A DNA stretch of 64,000 nucleotides from contig OZ243919.1 of the NCBI GenBank assembly GCA_965213885.1, positions 1,052,692 to 1,116,691 on the forward strand, written 5' to 3'. Shown here one piece after another: positions 28,279-40,042 of this stretch; positions within the stretch are counted from its first letter, which is position 1; the number at the start of each line of letters is the position of its first letter. Made by a program: the position numbers and the translations under genes. Origin of the DNA: Candidatus Poriferihabitaceae bacterium (GTDB lineage: Bacteria; Pseudomonadota; Gammaproteobacteria; Arenicellales; Poriferihabitantaceae). The notes under the pieces were generated by a model, which worked only from the letters and a program-made list of their open reading frames with translations, made no database searches and was not told the origin of the DNA.

Positions 28279-28983
28279 TCAGGCACCGCCGGCGGGGTCG
28301 CCGTTCTGCCTGATCTTCTTGACCAGCCTGAGGAGGTACTTGGCAATATAGGGAAACACCGCCAGCAGGATGAAGGACGCGATCATCACGGGTGACAGCA
28401 GGCCTTTCACCGACTCCAGCCGTGCAAGCTGGGTGCCGGCATTGACGAACACCATGCTTCCCGGCGCCATGCCGATGAACGAGGCCAGGGCGTAGGTCAG
28501 TGTCCGGATCGGAGTCAGTCCCATGAGCAGGTTTACGGCAAAGAACGGGAATACGGGAACCAGCCGCATGGAAAACAGGTAGAGCGCACCCTCCCGGCGG
28601 AAGTTCTCCCGGATGGCGCCCAGCCGCTCTCCCATTCTGGATTCGACGAGATCGCGGAACAGGTATCGTGCAAGCAGGAACGCGATGGTGGCGCCGATGG
28701 TGGCGGAAAACAGTACCACCAGGGATCCCACGACGAAACCGAAAATCGCACCCCCGACCAGTGTCAGGACCAGTGCCCCCGGGATCGATGACGCTGTTAC
28801 CACGATGTAGACTGCGGCGTAGACAAGCAGGGAGCCGACCGGGTTGGCCGCGCGATGCTGACGGATGGTTTCCAGTTGGGACTGGACGAAGTCCAGACTG
28901 AGATAGTGCCTTGGCCCGAAAAGGACAAAACCGCCGACGGCGGCGATCAACAGGACCAGTACCAGGATCTTGGCTTTTGACAT
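28279..28983 (-). CDS. TVP38/TMEM64 (DedA-superfamily) membrane protein
   Basis: 234-aa polytopic ORF with SNARE-associated/DedA-like motifs (...FLLARYLFRD..., RLVPVFPFFAVN). Its stop lies 2 nt before the oxidoreductase ATG. Confidence 0.8.
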   Translation of the reverse strand: MSKAKILVLVLLIAAVGGFVLFGPRHYLSLDFVQSQLETIRQHRAANPVGSLLVYAAVYIVVTASSIPGALVLTLVGGAIFGFVVGSLVVLFSATIGATIAFLLARYLFRDLVESRMGERLGAIRENFRREGALYLFSMRLVPVFPFFAVNLLMGLTPIRTLTYALASFIGMAPGSMVFVNAGTQLARLESVKGLLSPVMIASFILLAVFPYIAKYLLRLVKKIRQNGDPAGGA

Positions 28984-29166
28984 GGGTCTTGAATACCGAG
29001 TTCGATGTTGGCAGGGTCGCGGACAACTCCCGACTAGAACATACGGACTCCCGGGAGGACAAGAAGGTTCCCCTGCGGATTGATATCCGCCGGAAGTGTA
29101 ACGGAAAACAGGAGCCGGCCTACCCTGATGAACGGTAGTGCCGGCAATTCGGACGGCAGGTCCGGG

Positions 29167-30414
29167 TTATGTCATCTTGGCGATCAGTGCATCGGCAAAG
29201 CCGCTGGTGGAAACTTCCCTGGCGCCATCCATCAGTCTGGCGAAGTCATAGGTCACGGTCTTTTCCGCCAGCACCCTGACAAACGCATCGTTGATCAGGT
29301 TCGCGGCCTCCTGCCAGCCCATGTGCTCCAGCATCATCACGCCGGAAAACATCAGCGAGGAGGGGTTCACCTTGTTCTGGTTGGCGTACTTGGGCGCGGT
29401 GCCGTGGGTTGCCTCGAACACGGCCACATCGTCGGAGATATTGGCGCCCGGGGCGATGCCGATGCCTCCCACCTCCGCCGCCACCGCGTCGGACAGGTAG
29501 TCGCCGTTCAGGTTCATCGTGGCCAGGACGTCGAACTCGGCTGGCCGGAGTTGCAGCAACTGGAAAGTGATGTCAGCGATCCGGTCCTTGATGACGATCT
29601 TTCCTTCCGGCACCTGGCCACCGTGTACCTCCCAGAGCTCTTCCTCGGTCACGATCCGGTCGCGGAACTCCTCCTTGGCAAGCTCATACCCCCAGTTGCG
29701 GAATCCACCCTCGGTGAACTTCATGATGTTGCCCTTGTGTACAAGCGTGACACTGGCACGACCGTGGTCGATGGCGTACTGGATCGCCTTGCGAATGAGA
29801 CGGCGTGACCCGAAGGGGCTGACCGGCTTGATTCCAAGGGCCGCCCCCTCGAAGAATTCCGCACCCATTTCCTCGCGCAGGAACCTGGCGAGCTTCTCGT
29901 TTTCCGGGGTGCCGCTTTCGTACTCGATGCCACAGTAAACATCCTCGGTGTTCTCGCGGAATATCACCACGTCAACTTCCTCAGGACGACGCAGCGGCGA
30001 GGGTACGCCCTGGTAATAGCGTACTGGTCGCACGCAGGCAAACAGATCCATTTCCTGGCGCAGGGAGACGTTGAGGGAACGGAAGCCTCCGCCCACCGGT
30101 GTGGTCAGGGGCCCCTTGATGGCGACTCTGAGATCCCGGATGGCGGCCAGGGTCTCTTCCGGGAAATAGTCCCCGCCATAGATGCCCGCCGCCTTTTCCC
30201 CCATGTAGAGTTCGCACCACGCGACCCTGCGTCTGCCGCCGTAGGCCTTCTCCACGGCAGCGTCCCAGATGCGCAGAGAGGCCGAGGTGATGTCGGGTCC
30301 GATGCCATCTCCTTCGACAAAACCGAGGACTGGCTGGTCCGGCACGTTGAGCTTGCCGTTGGACAGGGAAATCCGGGTGCCGCTTTCCGGCATTTTGATG
30401 TGCTGGTAGGTCAT
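29167..30414 (-). CDS. icd: NADP-dependent isocitrate dehydrogenase (homodimeric type)
   Basis: The ATG at 30414 starts [12 protein letters not shown]. It shows the [12 protein letters not shown] substrate/phospho-Ser loop and NLNGDYLSD. Confidence 0.9.
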   Translation of the reverse strand: MTYQHIKMPESGTRISLSNGKLNVPDQPVLGFVEGDGIGPDITSASLRIWDAAVEKAYGGRRRVAWCELYMGEKAAGIYGGDYFPEETLAAIRDLRVAIKGPLTTPVGGGFRSLNVSLRQEMDLFACVRPVRYYQGVPSPLRRPEEVDVVIFRENTEDVYCGIEYESGTPENEKLARFLREEMGAEFFEGAALGIKPVSPFGSRRLIRKAIQYAIDHGRASVTLVHKGNIMKFTEGGFRNWGYELAKEEFRDRIVTEEELWEVHGGQVPEGKIVIKDRIADITFQLLQLRPAEFDVLATMNLNGDYLSDAVAAEVGGIGIAPGANISDDVAVFEATHGTAPKYANQNKVNPSSLMFSGVMMLEHMGWQEAANLINDAFVRVLAEKTVTYDFARLMDGAREVSTSGFADALIAKMT

Positions 30415-30776
30415 TTCTCGTTGTTCGGGAGGAGACTTGTGTGGATCGGATTTTGCCTGAAATCCGCGTCGGTGGCGATCCGACCAACTGTGGAAATCAG
30501 CCATCCCCGCCGTCAGGACCGGCTATCCGCCCACATGCTTCCGTCCCGGGCGCCGGTCCCCCGTGGGAAATCTGCCCATGAAGGACCGGGTCCCGCTGCT
30601 GCGACTGGATCGCGGCCCACACCGGGCCCATGTATCGCCGGGCACACCTGGGGATGATCCGGCAATGCCCGACATGGCTCAAACCATGGTCTAGCCTTTC
30701 GCCGGGATTGGCATCTGTTCATGCCGTGGGCTTTGGGCTATATTGATCGCCCTGATAATTAACTGCCTGAAATCCA

Positions 30777-32912
30777 ATGACAAAACTTCCGAACAATCTG
30801 GATCTATGGCGTCAGGCCGCCGCTGCGGATCTCAAGGACAGGGAGGTCGGGGTGCTCAACTGGGAGACGCCGGAGGGAATTCAGGTCAAACCGCTGTATA
30901 CCGCGGCGGATCTGGAGAAGCTGGAGTTTGTCGATACCCTGCCGGGTTTCCCTCCCTATACGCGGGGACCCAGAGCCACCATGTATGCCGGCCGTCCCTG
31001 GACGGTGCGCCAGTATGCCGGCTTCTCCACCGCCGAGGAATCCAACGACTTCTACCGCAAGAACCTGGCGGCCGGCCAGGCGGGGCTGTCGGTTGCGTTC
31101 GATCTTGCCACCCACCGGGGTTACGACTCGGACCATCCGAGGGTGCGGGGCGATGTGGGCAAGGCCGGCGTCGCCATTGACTCCGTGGAGGACATGAAGA
31201 TCCTGTTCGACCGGATTCCGCTGGACAGGATGTCGGTTTCCATGACCATGAACGGCGCGGTACTGCCGGTCATGGCGATGTATGTCGTCGCCGCCGAGGA
31301 GCAGGGCGTGGAGCGAAGTTCACTGTCCGGCACGCTGCAGAATGACATCCTGAAGGAATTCATGGTGCGGAACACCTACATCTATCCGCCAGGACCTTCG
31401 ATGCGCATCGTCTCCGACATCATCGCGTTCACCGCCGGGGAGATGCCGCGATTCAATCCCATCTCCATTTCCGGATACCATATGCAGGAGGCGGGCGCTA
31501 CCTGTATCCAGGAACTGGCCTACACCCTTGCGGATGGTCTTGAGTACGTGCGCTCGGCGGTGGATGCCGGCCTGGAGGTGGACCGGTTCGCACCGCGCCT
31601 GTCATTCTTCTTCGCCATCGGCATGAACTTTTTCATGGAGGTGGCCAAGCTGCGCGCGGCAAGGACCCTGTGGGCGGAACTGATGCAGGAAAGGTTCCAG
31701 CCCATGGACGAGCGTTCCCTCATGCTGCGCACCCACTGCCAGACCTCCGGGGTGAGCCTCACCAGCCTCGATCCCTACAACAATGTGATCCGCACCACCA
31801 TCGAGGCCATGGCGGCCGTGCTGGGCGGGACCCAGTCGCTGCACACCAATGCCTTCGACGAGGCCCTGGCGTTGCCCACGGACAATTCCGCCCGCATCGC
31901 CCGCAACACCCAGCTCATCCTGCAGCACGAGGCGGGCCTGACCAGGGTAGTGGATCCCATGGCCGGTTCCTATTACCTGGAGAGCCTCACCGGCAGCCTG
32001 GTGAACGAGGCCCGCAAGGTGATTGCGGAAGTGGATGAACTGGGCGGCATGACCTGTGCGGTGGAGGCCGGTCTGCCGAAGCTTCGCATCGAAGAGGCCG
32101 CTGCCAGGCGCCAGGCCCGCATTGACCGGGGGGAGGAGGTCATCGTCGGGGTGAACCGGTTCCGGCGCGAGGAGGAAGAACAGATCGACATCCTGGTGGT
32201 GGACAACGATACGGTCCTGGAAAGCCAGTTGTCACGGCTGGAGGCCGTCCGGGCCGGCAGGGATGAAGAAGCCTGCCGGAATGCGCTGGAGGCGCTGTCG
32301 AAGTCCGCTGCAGCAGGAGACAACCTGTTGGCAGGGGCGGTGGATGCGGCGCGTGCGCGCGCCACCGTGGGAGAGATTTCCGCCGCCCTGGAGCAGGAGT
32401 TCGGCCGCCACCGGGCGGAGATCCGCTCCATCACCGGCGTTTACGGCTCGTACTATGATGGCGACGATGAATTTGCTGCCCTCCGGTCGAGAATCGATCA
32501 TTTCGCCGAAAAGGAGGGCCGGCGGCCCCGCATGCTGGTGGTGAAGTTGGGACAGGACGGTCACGACCGTGGCGCCAAGGTCATTGCAACGTCCTTCGCG
32601 GACATGGGGTTCGATGTGGATGTCGGGCCGCTGTTTCAGACCCCGGAGGAGGCGGTCCGCCAGGCGATCGAAAATGATGTCCACCTGATCGGCATCTCGT
32701 CTCAGGCCGCAGGTCATCGCACCCTGGTGCCCGGGGTGATGGATTCCCTCGCGGCCCAGGGAGCGGACGATATCCTGGTGATCTGTGGCGGCGTGATCCC
32801 CCCGGGTGACTATGACATGCTGAGAGACGCCGGGGTGGCGGCCATCTTCGGTCCCGGCACCAATATTCCGGAGGCCGCCGGGGCGATCATTGATATACTG
32901 GAAGCAGCCTGA
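30777..32912 (+). CDS. scpA: Methylmalonyl-CoA mutase (single-chain, catalytic plus B12-binding domains)
   Basis: 711 aa. The N-terminal barrel shows [30 protein letters not shown], and the C-terminal B12 domain has DxHxxG ([10 protein letters not shown]). Confidence 0.9.
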   Translation: MTKLPNNLDLWRQAAAADLKDREVGVLNWETPEGIQVKPLYTAADLEKLEFVDTLPGFPPYTRGPRATMYAGRPWTVRQYAGFSTAEESNDFYRKNLAAGQAGLSVAFDLATHRGYDSDHPRVRGDVGKAGVAIDSVEDMKILFDRIPLDRMSVSMTMNGAVLPVMAMYVVAAEEQGVERSSLSGTLQNDILKEFMVRNTYIYPPGPSMRIVSDIIAFTAGEMPRFNPISISGYHMQEAGATCIQELAYTLADGLEYVRSAVDAGLEVDRFAPRLSFFFAIGMNFFMEVAKLRAARTLWAELMQERFQPMDERSLMLRTHCQTSGVSLTSLDPYNNVIRTTIEAMAAVLGGTQSLHTNAFDEALALPTDNSARIARNTQLILQHEAGLTRVVDPMAGSYYLESLTGSLVNEARKVIAEVDELGGMTCAVEAGLPKLRIEEAAARRQARIDRGEEVIVGVNRFRREEEEQIDILVVDNDTVLESQLSRLEAVRAGRDEEACRNALEALSKSAAAGDNLLAGAVDAARARATVGEISAALEQEFGRHRAEIRSITGVYGSYYDGDDEFAALRSRIDHFAEKEGRRPRMLVVKLGQDGHDRGAKVIATSFADMGFDVDVGPLFQTPEEAVRQAIENDVHLIGISSQAAGHRTLVPGVMDSLAAQGADDILVICGGVIPPGDYDMLRDAGVAAIFGPGTNIPEAAGAIIDILEAA

Positions 32913-32962
32913 GTCTCCGGTCGGGACCAGGCTTCCCGCAAAAGCCAATTCGAATCTAATCC

Positions 32963-34495
32963 ATGCAAGAGATCATTCATCAACTGGAACAGAAGCGTGC
33001 CGAGGCCAAGCTCGGTGGCGGTGAAAAGAGGATCGAAGCCCAGCACACACGGGGAAAGCTGACCGCCCGGGAGCGCCTAGACATACTCCTGGACGAGGGG
33101 AGCTTCGAGGAATGGGATATCTTCGTCGAACATCGCTGTACCGATTTCGGAATGCAGGACAAGGCCATTCCCGGCGATGGTGTCGTGGTGGGATATGGAA
33201 CCATCAACGGCCGCCTGGTGTTCGTGTACAGCCAGGATTTCACGGTTTTCGGCGGTTCCCTGTCCGAAGCCCATGCCGAGAAAATCTGCAAGGTGATGGA
33301 TCAGGCCATGAAAGTGGGCGCGCCGGTGATCGGCATTTCCGATTCCGGTGGTGCCCGGATCCAGGAAGGAGTGGCTTCGCTGGGCGGCTATGCCGAGGTA
33401 TTCCAGCGCAACGTCATGTCTTCCGGGGTGGTGCCGCAGATATCCCTCATCATGGGACCCTGTGCCGGAGGCGCGGTGTATTCCCCGGCAATGACGGATT
33501 TCATTTTCATGGTGCAGGAAAGTTCCTATATGTTTGTCACCGGCCCGGATGTGGTCAGGACGGTGACCCATGAAAGTGTCACCGCCGAGGATCTCGGCGG
33601 TGCCGGCACCCATACCTCCCGCTCCGGGGTGGCGGATCTCGGGTTCGGCAATGATGTGGATGCATTGCTCATGACCCGGCGGTTTTTCGACTTTCTGCCT
33701 GCAAACAACCGGGAGAAGCCGCCCCATCGGAGTACCGAGGACCCCGAGTCCAGGGTGGAGACGTCCCTGGACAGCCTGGTTCCGGACAATCCGAACCAGC
33801 CCTATGACATGAAGGAGCTGATCGTCAAGCTCGCGGACGAGGGGGACTTTTTCGAACTGAAGCCGGATTACGCGAAGAACATCGTCACCGGGTTCGCCCG
33901 CCTGCAAGGCAACCCGGTGGGCATCGTCGCCAACCAGCCCATGGTGCTGGCCGGTTGTCTCGATATCAATGCCTCGGTCAAGGCCGGGCGTTTCGTGCGA
34001 TTCTGCGATGCATTCAACATTCCGATCATCACCCTGGTGGACGTACCCGGGTTCATGCCCGGTACTTCCCAGGAATACGGCGGCATCATCCGCCACGGTG
34101 CCAAGCTGCTCTACGCCTACGCGGAGTGCACCGTGCCCAAGATCACGGTGATCACCCGCAAGGCCTACGGGGGTGCCTACGACGTCATGGCGTCCAAGCA
34201 TCTGCGCGGTGACGTGAACTTTGCCTGGCCCAGCGCCGAGATCGCGGTGATGGGCCCCAAGGGCGCGGTGGAGATCATCTTCCGCGAGGACGCAAGGGAT
34301 TCCGACAAGCTGGCCGAGCGGACGGAGGAATACCGGCAGAAGTTCGCCAATCCCTTCGTCGCGGGACGCCGTGGCTACATCGACGACGTGATCCTGCCGC
34401 GGGACACACGCAGGCGGATCTGTCGTTCCCTGGCCATGCTGGGAGAGAAGAACATCAGCAATCCGTGGAAGAAACACGGCAATATTCCACTTTGA
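32963..34495 (+). CDS. pccB: Propionyl-CoA carboxylase beta chain / methylmalonyl-CoA carboxyltransferase
   Basis: 510-aa carboxyltransferase with two crotonase-like halves ([12 protein letters not shown]..., [10 protein letters not shown]). Confidence 0.85.
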   Translation: MQEIIHQLEQKRAEAKLGGGEKRIEAQHTRGKLTARERLDILLDEGSFEEWDIFVEHRCTDFGMQDKAIPGDGVVVGYGTINGRLVFVYSQDFTVFGGSLSEAHAEKICKVMDQAMKVGAPVIGISDSGGARIQEGVASLGGYAEVFQRNVMSSGVVPQISLIMGPCAGGAVYSPAMTDFIFMVQESSYMFVTGPDVVRTVTHESVTAEDLGGAGTHTSRSGVADLGFGNDVDALLMTRRFFDFLPANNREKPPHRSTEDPESRVETSLDSLVPDNPNQPYDMKELIVKLADEGDFFELKPDYAKNIVTGFARLQGNPVGIVANQPMVLAGCLDINASVKAGRFVRFCDAFNIPIITLVDVPGFMPGTSQEYGGIIRHGAKLLYAYAECTVPKITVITRKAYGGAYDVMASKHLRGDVNFAWPSAEIAVMGPKGAVEIIFREDARDSDKLAERTEEYRQKFANPFVAGRRGYIDDVILPRDTRRRICRSLAMLGEKNISNPWKKHGNIPL

Positions 34496-34507
34496 TCCGG
34501 GAACGCC

Positions 34508-36508
34508 ATGTTCAAGAAGATCCTGATCGCCAACCGTGCAGAAATCGCCTGCCGGGTGATTCGAACCGCCCGGCGAATGGGCATCGCCACGGTGGCAGTG
34601 TATTCCGATGCCGACCGCAACGCGCGCCACGTGGAAGAGGCGGACGAAGCGATCCACATCGGCGCCGCCCCGGCAACGGAGAGCTACCTGGTTGCCGAGC
34701 GGATTTTTCAGGCCTGCCGGGATACCGGCGCGGAAGCTGTACATCCCGGCTACGGCTTTCTCTCCGAAAACTCCGCCTTCGCGGCGGGCCTTGAGGCCGA
34801 GGGCATCACGTTCATCGGTCCCGGAAAACGCGCCATCGAGGCAATGGGTGACAAGATCACCTCCAAGCACATCGCCGAAGAGGCCGGAGTGAACGTGATA
34901 CCCGGTCACACCGATGTGGTGAAGGATGCCGACGAAGCCGTGACCATCGCCGGGGGTGTCGGTTATCCCGTGATGATCAAGGCCAGCGCCGGGGGCGGCG
35001 GCAAGGGCATGCGGGTCGCCTTTGACGAGGCAGAGTGCCGTGACGGTTTCGAGCGCGCCACCGGCGAGGCGATATCGAGTTTCGGCGACGGCCGGATCTT
35101 CATCGAGAAGTTCATTGAGCAACCCCGGCACATCGAGATTCAGGTCATCGCCGACGCACACGGCAACGTGGTGACGCTGAACGAACGTGAATGCTCGATC
35201 CAGCGCCGCCACCAGAAGGTGGTGGAGGAGTCGCCGTCTCCCTTCATCGACCCGGAGACCCGGGAGGCCATGAGCGCCCAGGCGATCGCACTGGCCCGGG
35301 CGGTGGACTACCGCTCCGCCGGCACGGTGGAACTGATCGTGGACGCCCATCGCAATTTCTACTTCCTCGAGATGAATACCCGGCTGCAGGTGGAGCATCC
35401 GGTCACCGAACTGGTCACCGGTTTCGACCTGGTGGAACTGATGATCCGGGTCGCCGCGGGCGAGCGTCTGCCCATTACCCAGAACGATGTCGGCATCCGC
35501 GGCTGGGCCATGGAATCCCGGATCTACGCGGAGAGTCCGTTCCGCAACTTCCTGCCTTCCACCGGGCGGCTGGTGAGGTACCGTCCGCCGCCCGAAAGCG
35601 AGTCGGTGAGGGTGGATACCGGGGTCATCGAGGGCTCCGAAATCTCCATGTACTACGATCCCATGATCGCCAAGCTGGTGACCTGGGGAGCGGACAGGGA
35701 GGAGGCGATCCGGACCATGCGGCAGGCACTGGACCGTTACTACATACGCGGTGTGGACACCAACCTGCCGTTCGTCTCCGCAATCATGTCCCATCCCCGC
35801 TTCCAGTGCGGCGAGATGACCACCAATTTCATCGCCGAGGAATATCCCCAGGGCTTCCAGGCCAATGCCGTCGACCTCGGTGATCCCGAAGTGCCGGCCG
35901 CGTTGCTGGCCTGCATCCATTACCGCCTGATGCTGCGGGCCGGCACGATTGCCGGCCAGATGCCGGGGCATGGCCGCAACTTCGATCATCGACTGGTGGT
36001 GCTCATGGGCGGACAGCGTCATGCCGTCGAGGTGAACCGCGATGGGGACGTGTGGCGCCTGGTCAACGGACAGCGCAGTATGCGGCTGGCGGACCAATGG
36101 CGGCTGATGGATCCGGTCTATGTCGGCCAACTGGATGAAGAACCGGTCTGCATGCAGGTCGAGCGGCCCGGTGACGGCATTGTCTATCGCATCGTCTACC
36201 GCGGACTGCCCATGGAGGCTCGGGTGCTCAGCGAATCCGGTTCGGCCCATTTCGCCAAGATGCCCGTCAAGTCATCACCGGACCTGTCCGGCTTTCTGCT
36301 GTCGCCCATGCCAGGGCTCCTGTTGTCGGTAGCGGTGTCCCCGGGCCAGTCGGTCAAGGCCGGAGAGGTTCTCGCGGTCATCGAGGCGATGAAAATGGAG
36401 AACGCCCTGCGCTCGGAACGGGATGCAGTGGTGGAAAAGGTGCTGGTGGAACCAGGCAATACCCTGGAGGTGGATCAGCCCATCATCGCATTCGAGGCTC
36501 AGGGCTGA
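34508..36508 (+). CDS. pccA: Propionyl-CoA (acyl-CoA) carboxylase alpha chain: biotin carboxylase plus BCCP
   Basis: It begins [20 protein letters not shown], has an ATP-grasp domain, and has a C-terminal biotinyl domain with the EAMKME motif ([10 protein letters not shown]). Confidence 0.9.
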   Translation: MFKKILIANRAEIACRVIRTARRMGIATVAVYSDADRNARHVEEADEAIHIGAAPATESYLVAERIFQACRDTGAEAVHPGYGFLSENSAFAAGLEAEGITFIGPGKRAIEAMGDKITSKHIAEEAGVNVIPGHTDVVKDADEAVTIAGGVGYPVMIKASAGGGGKGMRVAFDEAECRDGFERATGEAISSFGDGRIFIEKFIEQPRHIEIQVIADAHGNVVTLNERECSIQRRHQKVVEESPSPFIDPETREAMSAQAIALARAVDYRSAGTVELIVDAHRNFYFLEMNTRLQVEHPVTELVTGFDLVELMIRVAAGERLPITQNDVGIRGWAMESRIYAESPFRNFLPSTGRLVRYRPPPESESVRVDTGVIEGSEISMYYDPMIAKLVTWGADREEAIRTMRQALDRYYIRGVDTNLPFVSAIMSHPRFQCGEMTTNFIAEEYPQGFQANAVDLGDPEVPAALLACIHYRLMLRAGTIAGQMPGHGRNFDHRLVVLMGGQRHAVEVNRDGDVWRLVNGQRSMRLADQWRLMDPVYVGQLDEEPVCMQVERPGDGIVYRIVYRGLPMEARVLSESGSAHFAKMPVKSSPDLSGFLLSPMPGLLLSVAVSPGQSVKAGEVLAVIEAMKMENALRSERDAVVEKVLVEPGNTLEVDQPIIAFEAQG

Positions 36509-36512
36509 CGGC

Positions 36513-37493
36513 TTGATCGATACCCGACAACTCCGCGCCGGAGACCGACGTACCTTGGCCAAGGCCATCACCCTGATTGAATCGACCCGGGCCGAGGACC
36601 GGGTCGAGGCGGAGAAACTGCTGGAGCAGGTCATGCCCGATACCGGGCGGTCCCTTCGGCTGGGCATTTCCGGAATTCCGGGCGTCGGCAAATCCACTTT
36701 CATCGATGCGCTTGGCCGTTTGCTCATCGGCTTGGATCAGCGTGTCGCCGTGCTGACCGTAGACCCCAGTTCCGCCCTCAGCGGCGGTGCCATACTCGGT
36801 GACAAGACACGCATGTCCTGGCTGGCGGTGCAGCCGCTGGCCTACATCCGTCCCTCGCCCGCAGGGATGACCCTGGGTGGCGTGGCCCGGCGCACCCGGG
36901 AGGCCATACTGCTCTGCGAGGCCGCAGGATATGACGTGGTGATCGTGGAAACCGTGGGCGTGGGCCAGTCGGAATCCCTGGTCGCGGAGATGACGGATGT
37001 CTTCGTGCTCATGTTCCTTCCCGGTGCCGGGGACGACCTGCAGAGCATCAAGCGCGGCGTCATGGAGCTCGCCGATCTGGTGGTTGTGAACAAGGCGGAC
37101 GGCGATCTCCTGACCAGGTCGGGGATCGCCGTTGCCGACCTGCAGTATGCGCTGCACATGCTGCGGCCGCGATTGCCCGGTTGGTCGACTCCCGTTCTGG
37201 CGGTCTCCAGCCGGGAGCGTCGCGGCATCGATGCGGTATGGGACAGGATCATCGAGTACCGCCAGGCCCTTGCCGAGGACGGCGGGCTGGAGGCACGCCG
37301 CAGGCAACAGTCGGTGGACTGGCTCTGGCGGGAGACCGGCGAACTGCTGCTGGAGGCCCTGCGGGCCGATCCGTCGTTCAGACGGGAGATGGCGCAATTG
37401 CAAGATCAGGTGCGTAGTGGAACAATACCGGCTTCCGTTGCCGCCGCCAGGCTGGCACGGGAATTCATATCCGCTTCCCGGCCCGGCCGGTGA
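36513..37493 (+). CDS. meaB: Methylmalonyl-CoA mutase-associated GTPase MeaB/ArgK
   Basis: P-loop [19 protein letters not shown] and NKAD motifs are present. The probable start is the TTG at 36513, just after the pccA stop, and the track start at 36423 lies inside pccA. Confidence 0.85.
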   Translation: MIDTRQLRAGDRRTLAKAITLIESTRAEDRVEAEKLLEQVMPDTGRSLRLGISGIPGVGKSTFIDALGRLLIGLDQRVAVLTVDPSSALSGGAILGDKTRMSWLAVQPLAYIRPSPAGMTLGGVARRTREAILLCEAAGYDVVIVETVGVGQSESLVAEMTDVFVLMFLPGAGDDLQSIKRGVMELADLVVVNKADGDLLTRSGIAVADLQYALHMLRPRLPGWSTPVLAVSSRERRGIDAVWDRIIEYRQALAEDGGLEARRRQQSVDWLWRETGELLLEALRADPSFRREMAQLQDQVRSGTIPASVAAARLAREFISASRPGR

Positions 37494-37511
37494 GCCGGAC
37501 GGACCCAAATA

Positions 37512-37709
37512 ATGCCTACAACTGAACTGATCGAGCTGGCGAAAGAGTTTGAGCTGAAATTCAAAGAAAATATTGAGATCGGGTGGATGATTCGGGACGA
37601 ACACGCGCCATTGCTGCGGCGATGTATACGGGAAAATGACCCGACTCCCCTGCATGAGATGTTGGACCAACAGGCGTCTGACGTGTCGGAAAACAGTATT
37701 CTGCTCTAG
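37512..37709 (+). CDS. Hypothetical small protein (65 aa)
   Basis: It is an ORF only, with no recognisable family, a visibly lower GC than the flanking genes, and no clear Shine-Dalgarno sequence. It sits between meaB and mce. Confidence 0.3.
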   Translation: MPTTELIELAKEFELKFKENIEIGWMIRDEHAPLLRRCIRENDPTPLHEMLDQQASDVSENSILL

Positions 37710-37815
37710 AATATGGCCATGAATATACGCCATCGCGTGAGCGCGATAATCGACGCTGCGGCCGGGCGTACCGAGGACCGGTCCAGGGGGTATTCCCTTA
37801 CGGAGTGTTGACACC

Positions 37816-38220
37816 ATGATCGGTAAACTCAACCACGTTGCCATCGCCGTCCCCGATCTGCAGGCAGCCTCGGCCCAGTACCGCGACATTTTCGGTGCCA
37901 GGGTTTCTGACCCGGTTGACCTGCCGGAGCACGGCGTTACCACGGTATTCGTGACCCTGCCCAATACCCATATCGAATTGCTGTGTCCCCTCGGCACAAA
38001 TTCTCCGATCGCGGGATTCCTGAACAGGAACCGGGATGGCGGTATCCACCACGTCTGCTACGAGGTTGCGGAGATCGGCCTTGCCGCGGAAAAGCTCGCC
38101 GCGGCGGGCATGCGAATTCTCGGTGACGGCAAACCCCGGATCGGTGCCCATGGCAAACCGGTGCTGTTTCTTCATCCCAAGGATGCCCAGGGAACCCTGG
38201 TGGAACTCGAGCAGATTTGA
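37816..38220 (+). CDS. mce: Methylmalonyl-CoA epimerase (VOC/glyoxalase fold)
   Basis: 134 aa, with LNHVAIAVPDL...THIELL...GGIHHVCYEV...LFLHPKD...LVELEQ. Confidence 0.85.
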   Translation: MIGKLNHVAIAVPDLQAASAQYRDIFGARVSDPVDLPEHGVTTVFVTLPNTHIELLCPLGTNSPIAGFLNRNRDGGIHHVCYEVAEIGLAAEKLAAAGMRILGDGKPRIGAHGKPVLFLHPKDAQGTLVELEQI

Positions 38221-38286
38221 GAATCCCGGGTTACCCCTCCACCACAGGCGCCCCGGGCACGAGGGCCGGGAGACATTGATATCACC

Positions 38287-39015
38287 ATGAGCAAGTCGGA
38301 CCGGATCTATGCGGCCTCCAGGCCCCGCGTGGTCGACTTCACGTTCGACCAGGCCGTAGCGGATGTGTTCCCGGACATGATCCGCCGGTCCGTGCCGGGC
38401 TACGAGACCGTGATCTCTACCCTGGGGGTGCTGGCGGAAACCCATTTCCGGTCCGGCACCCGGGTATATGATCTCGGCTGTTCCCTGGGAGCCGCCACAT
38501 TGTCCGTTCACCGCTGCCTGGGGGATGCGGATGTGCACTATGTCCTGGTGGACAATGCGCCGGCAATGCTGGAGAAGTGCCGAGAGCATCTGGATCGCCT
38601 GATGCCCGGGGCGGGAATCGAGTTCCGGGAAGCGGACGTCCGCTCTGTTCGCGTGGAGAACGCCAGCGTGGTGTTGCTGAATTTCACGATCCAGTTCGTG
38701 CCGCCCGGGGACCGCCAGGCATTGCTCGACAATGTCTATGCCGGGCTGGTGCCGGGGGGGCTCGTGGTACTGTCGGAAAAGGTGCTCGGCGGGGACCCTG
38801 GTGAGGAACGCTGTTTTTCCGACCTCCATCTCAATTTCAAGTCCGCAAACGGCTACAGCGACCTGGAAATCAGCCAGAAACGGAGCGCGCTGGAAAATGT
38901 GCTGCAACCGGATTCACTGGCGCAGCACGGGGAACGCCTTTCCAGGGCCGGGTTTGCCCACATAAGGCCCTGGTTCCGCTGCCTCAATTTCGTCTCCCTC
39001 ATGGCGATCAAGTAG
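38287..39015 (+). CDS. cmoA: Carboxy-S-adenosyl-L-methionine synthase CmoA
   Basis: It shows FTFDQAVADVFPDMIRRSVPGYE and the SAM motif I YDLGCSLGAAT. Confidence 0.85.
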   Translation: MSKSDRIYAASRPRVVDFTFDQAVADVFPDMIRRSVPGYETVISTLGVLAETHFRSGTRVYDLGCSLGAATLSVHRCLGDADVHYVLVDNAPAMLEKCREHLDRLMPGAGIEFREADVRSVRVENASVVLLNFTIQFVPPGDRQALLDNVYAGLVPGGLVVLSEKVLGGDPGEERCFSDLHLNFKSANGYSDLEISQKRSALENVLQPDSLAQHGERLSRAGFAHIRPWFRCLNFVSLMAIK

Positions 39016-39025
39016 TCCCGTTATC

Positions 39026-40042
39026 GTGTGGGAGTTCGACGAGTTGCATGGCGCCCTGGCGGAGACGTCGCTGGCAGCCCTGGCGGAACCTCTTGCCAGC
39101 ACTTCTCGGTCGAGTTTGTCGAGTCGCACCCACGGGGACCGGGCACGATGGCTGGCGGCCATCGGGGCCCTGCCGGAGGTTCCAGTTTCGGCGGTCCGGC
39201 TGAACGGGGATGCCGTATGTGCTGCGGCCGCACGGCCGCCGGATACCGGAACCCTGGCACAGTTGCGCCGCTCGATGCAGGTCCTGCATCCCTGGCGCAA
39301 GGGCCCGTTCGATCTGTTCGGCATGGTCATCGACGCTGAATGGCGATCCTGCATGAAATGGTCCCGGGTAGCCCCCCACCTGTCGCCGCTGGACGGGAGA
39401 GTGGTGCTGGATGTGGGTTCAGGCAACGGATATTATCTCTACAGGATGCTGGGCGCAGGTGCGTCCGCAGCCATCGGCGTAGATCCCGCGGAATTGTTCC
39501 TGGCGCAGTTTCACGCCCTCAATCGCTATCTTGGGGCATCACGGGCGGCGGTGCTGCCGCTCAGGTGCGAGGACCTGACGCCGTCGAAGGCGGGTATGGC
39601 GTTCACCGGCTTCGACACGGTGTTCTCCATGGGGGTGTACTACCATCGCCGTGAGCCCCGATCCCATCTCAGGGAACTGGCGGAATTTCTCCGACCGGGA
39701 GGCGAACTTGTCCTGGAGACGCTGGTCATCGAAGGTGATCGGGCCGCCGTCCTTGAACCGGCGGGACGTTATGCGCGCATGCGCAATGTCTGGTCCATAC
39801 CGTCTCTTCCCTTGCTGAGCGCTCAGCTGCTTGATGCAGGTTTCATCTCACCGAGGATCGTGGACGTCACCTCCACCACGGTGGCGGAACAGCGCAGTAC
39901 CCCCTGGATGAACTTCGAGTCTCTGATGGACTGCCTCGACCCGGCGGATGCCACAAGAACCGTGGAAGGTCACCCCGCCCCCGTCCGGGCCTGTATCATT
40001 GCCACCCGCATCCCCCCGGATTTCCCGTCGAATGCGTCTTGA
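39026..40042 (+). CDS. cmoB: tRNA U34 carboxymethyltransferase CmoB
   Basis: 338 aa with a GTG start. It shows ...LHPWRKGPFDLFG..IDAEWRS..KW... and VLDVGSGNGYY, and it directly follows cmoA. Confidence 0.85.
   Translation: MWEFDELHGALAETSLAALAEPLASTSRSSLSSRTHGDRARWLAAIGALPEVPVSAVRLNGDAVCAAAARPPDTGTLAQLRRSMQVLHPWRKGPFDLFGMVIDAEWRSCMKWSRVAPHLSPLDGRVVLDVGSGNGYYLYRMLGAGASAAIGVDPAELFLAQFHALNRYLGASRAAVLPLRCEDLTPSKAGMAFTGFDTVFSMGVYYHRREPRSHLRELAEFLRPGGELVLETLVIEGDRAAVLEPAGRYARMRNVWSIPSLPLLSAQLLDAGFISPRIVDVTSTTVAEQRSTPWMNFESLMDCLDPADATRTVEGHPAPVRACIIATRIPPDFPSNAS

Noticed and set aside
33077-36250. 1,057-aa minus-strand ORF opposite pccB-pccA. Similar long antisense ORFs occur at 17596-18822, 18868-20973, 20978-21979, 23344-24843, 36483-37997, 37798-38907, 43272-44297, 53215-54432 and 54429-56000.
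   Set aside because: Each overlaps a confidently identified plus-strand gene. The products are low-complexity (H/G/R/D/P-rich) with no family motifs. Long stop-free antisense frames are expected at this GC content and codon bias.
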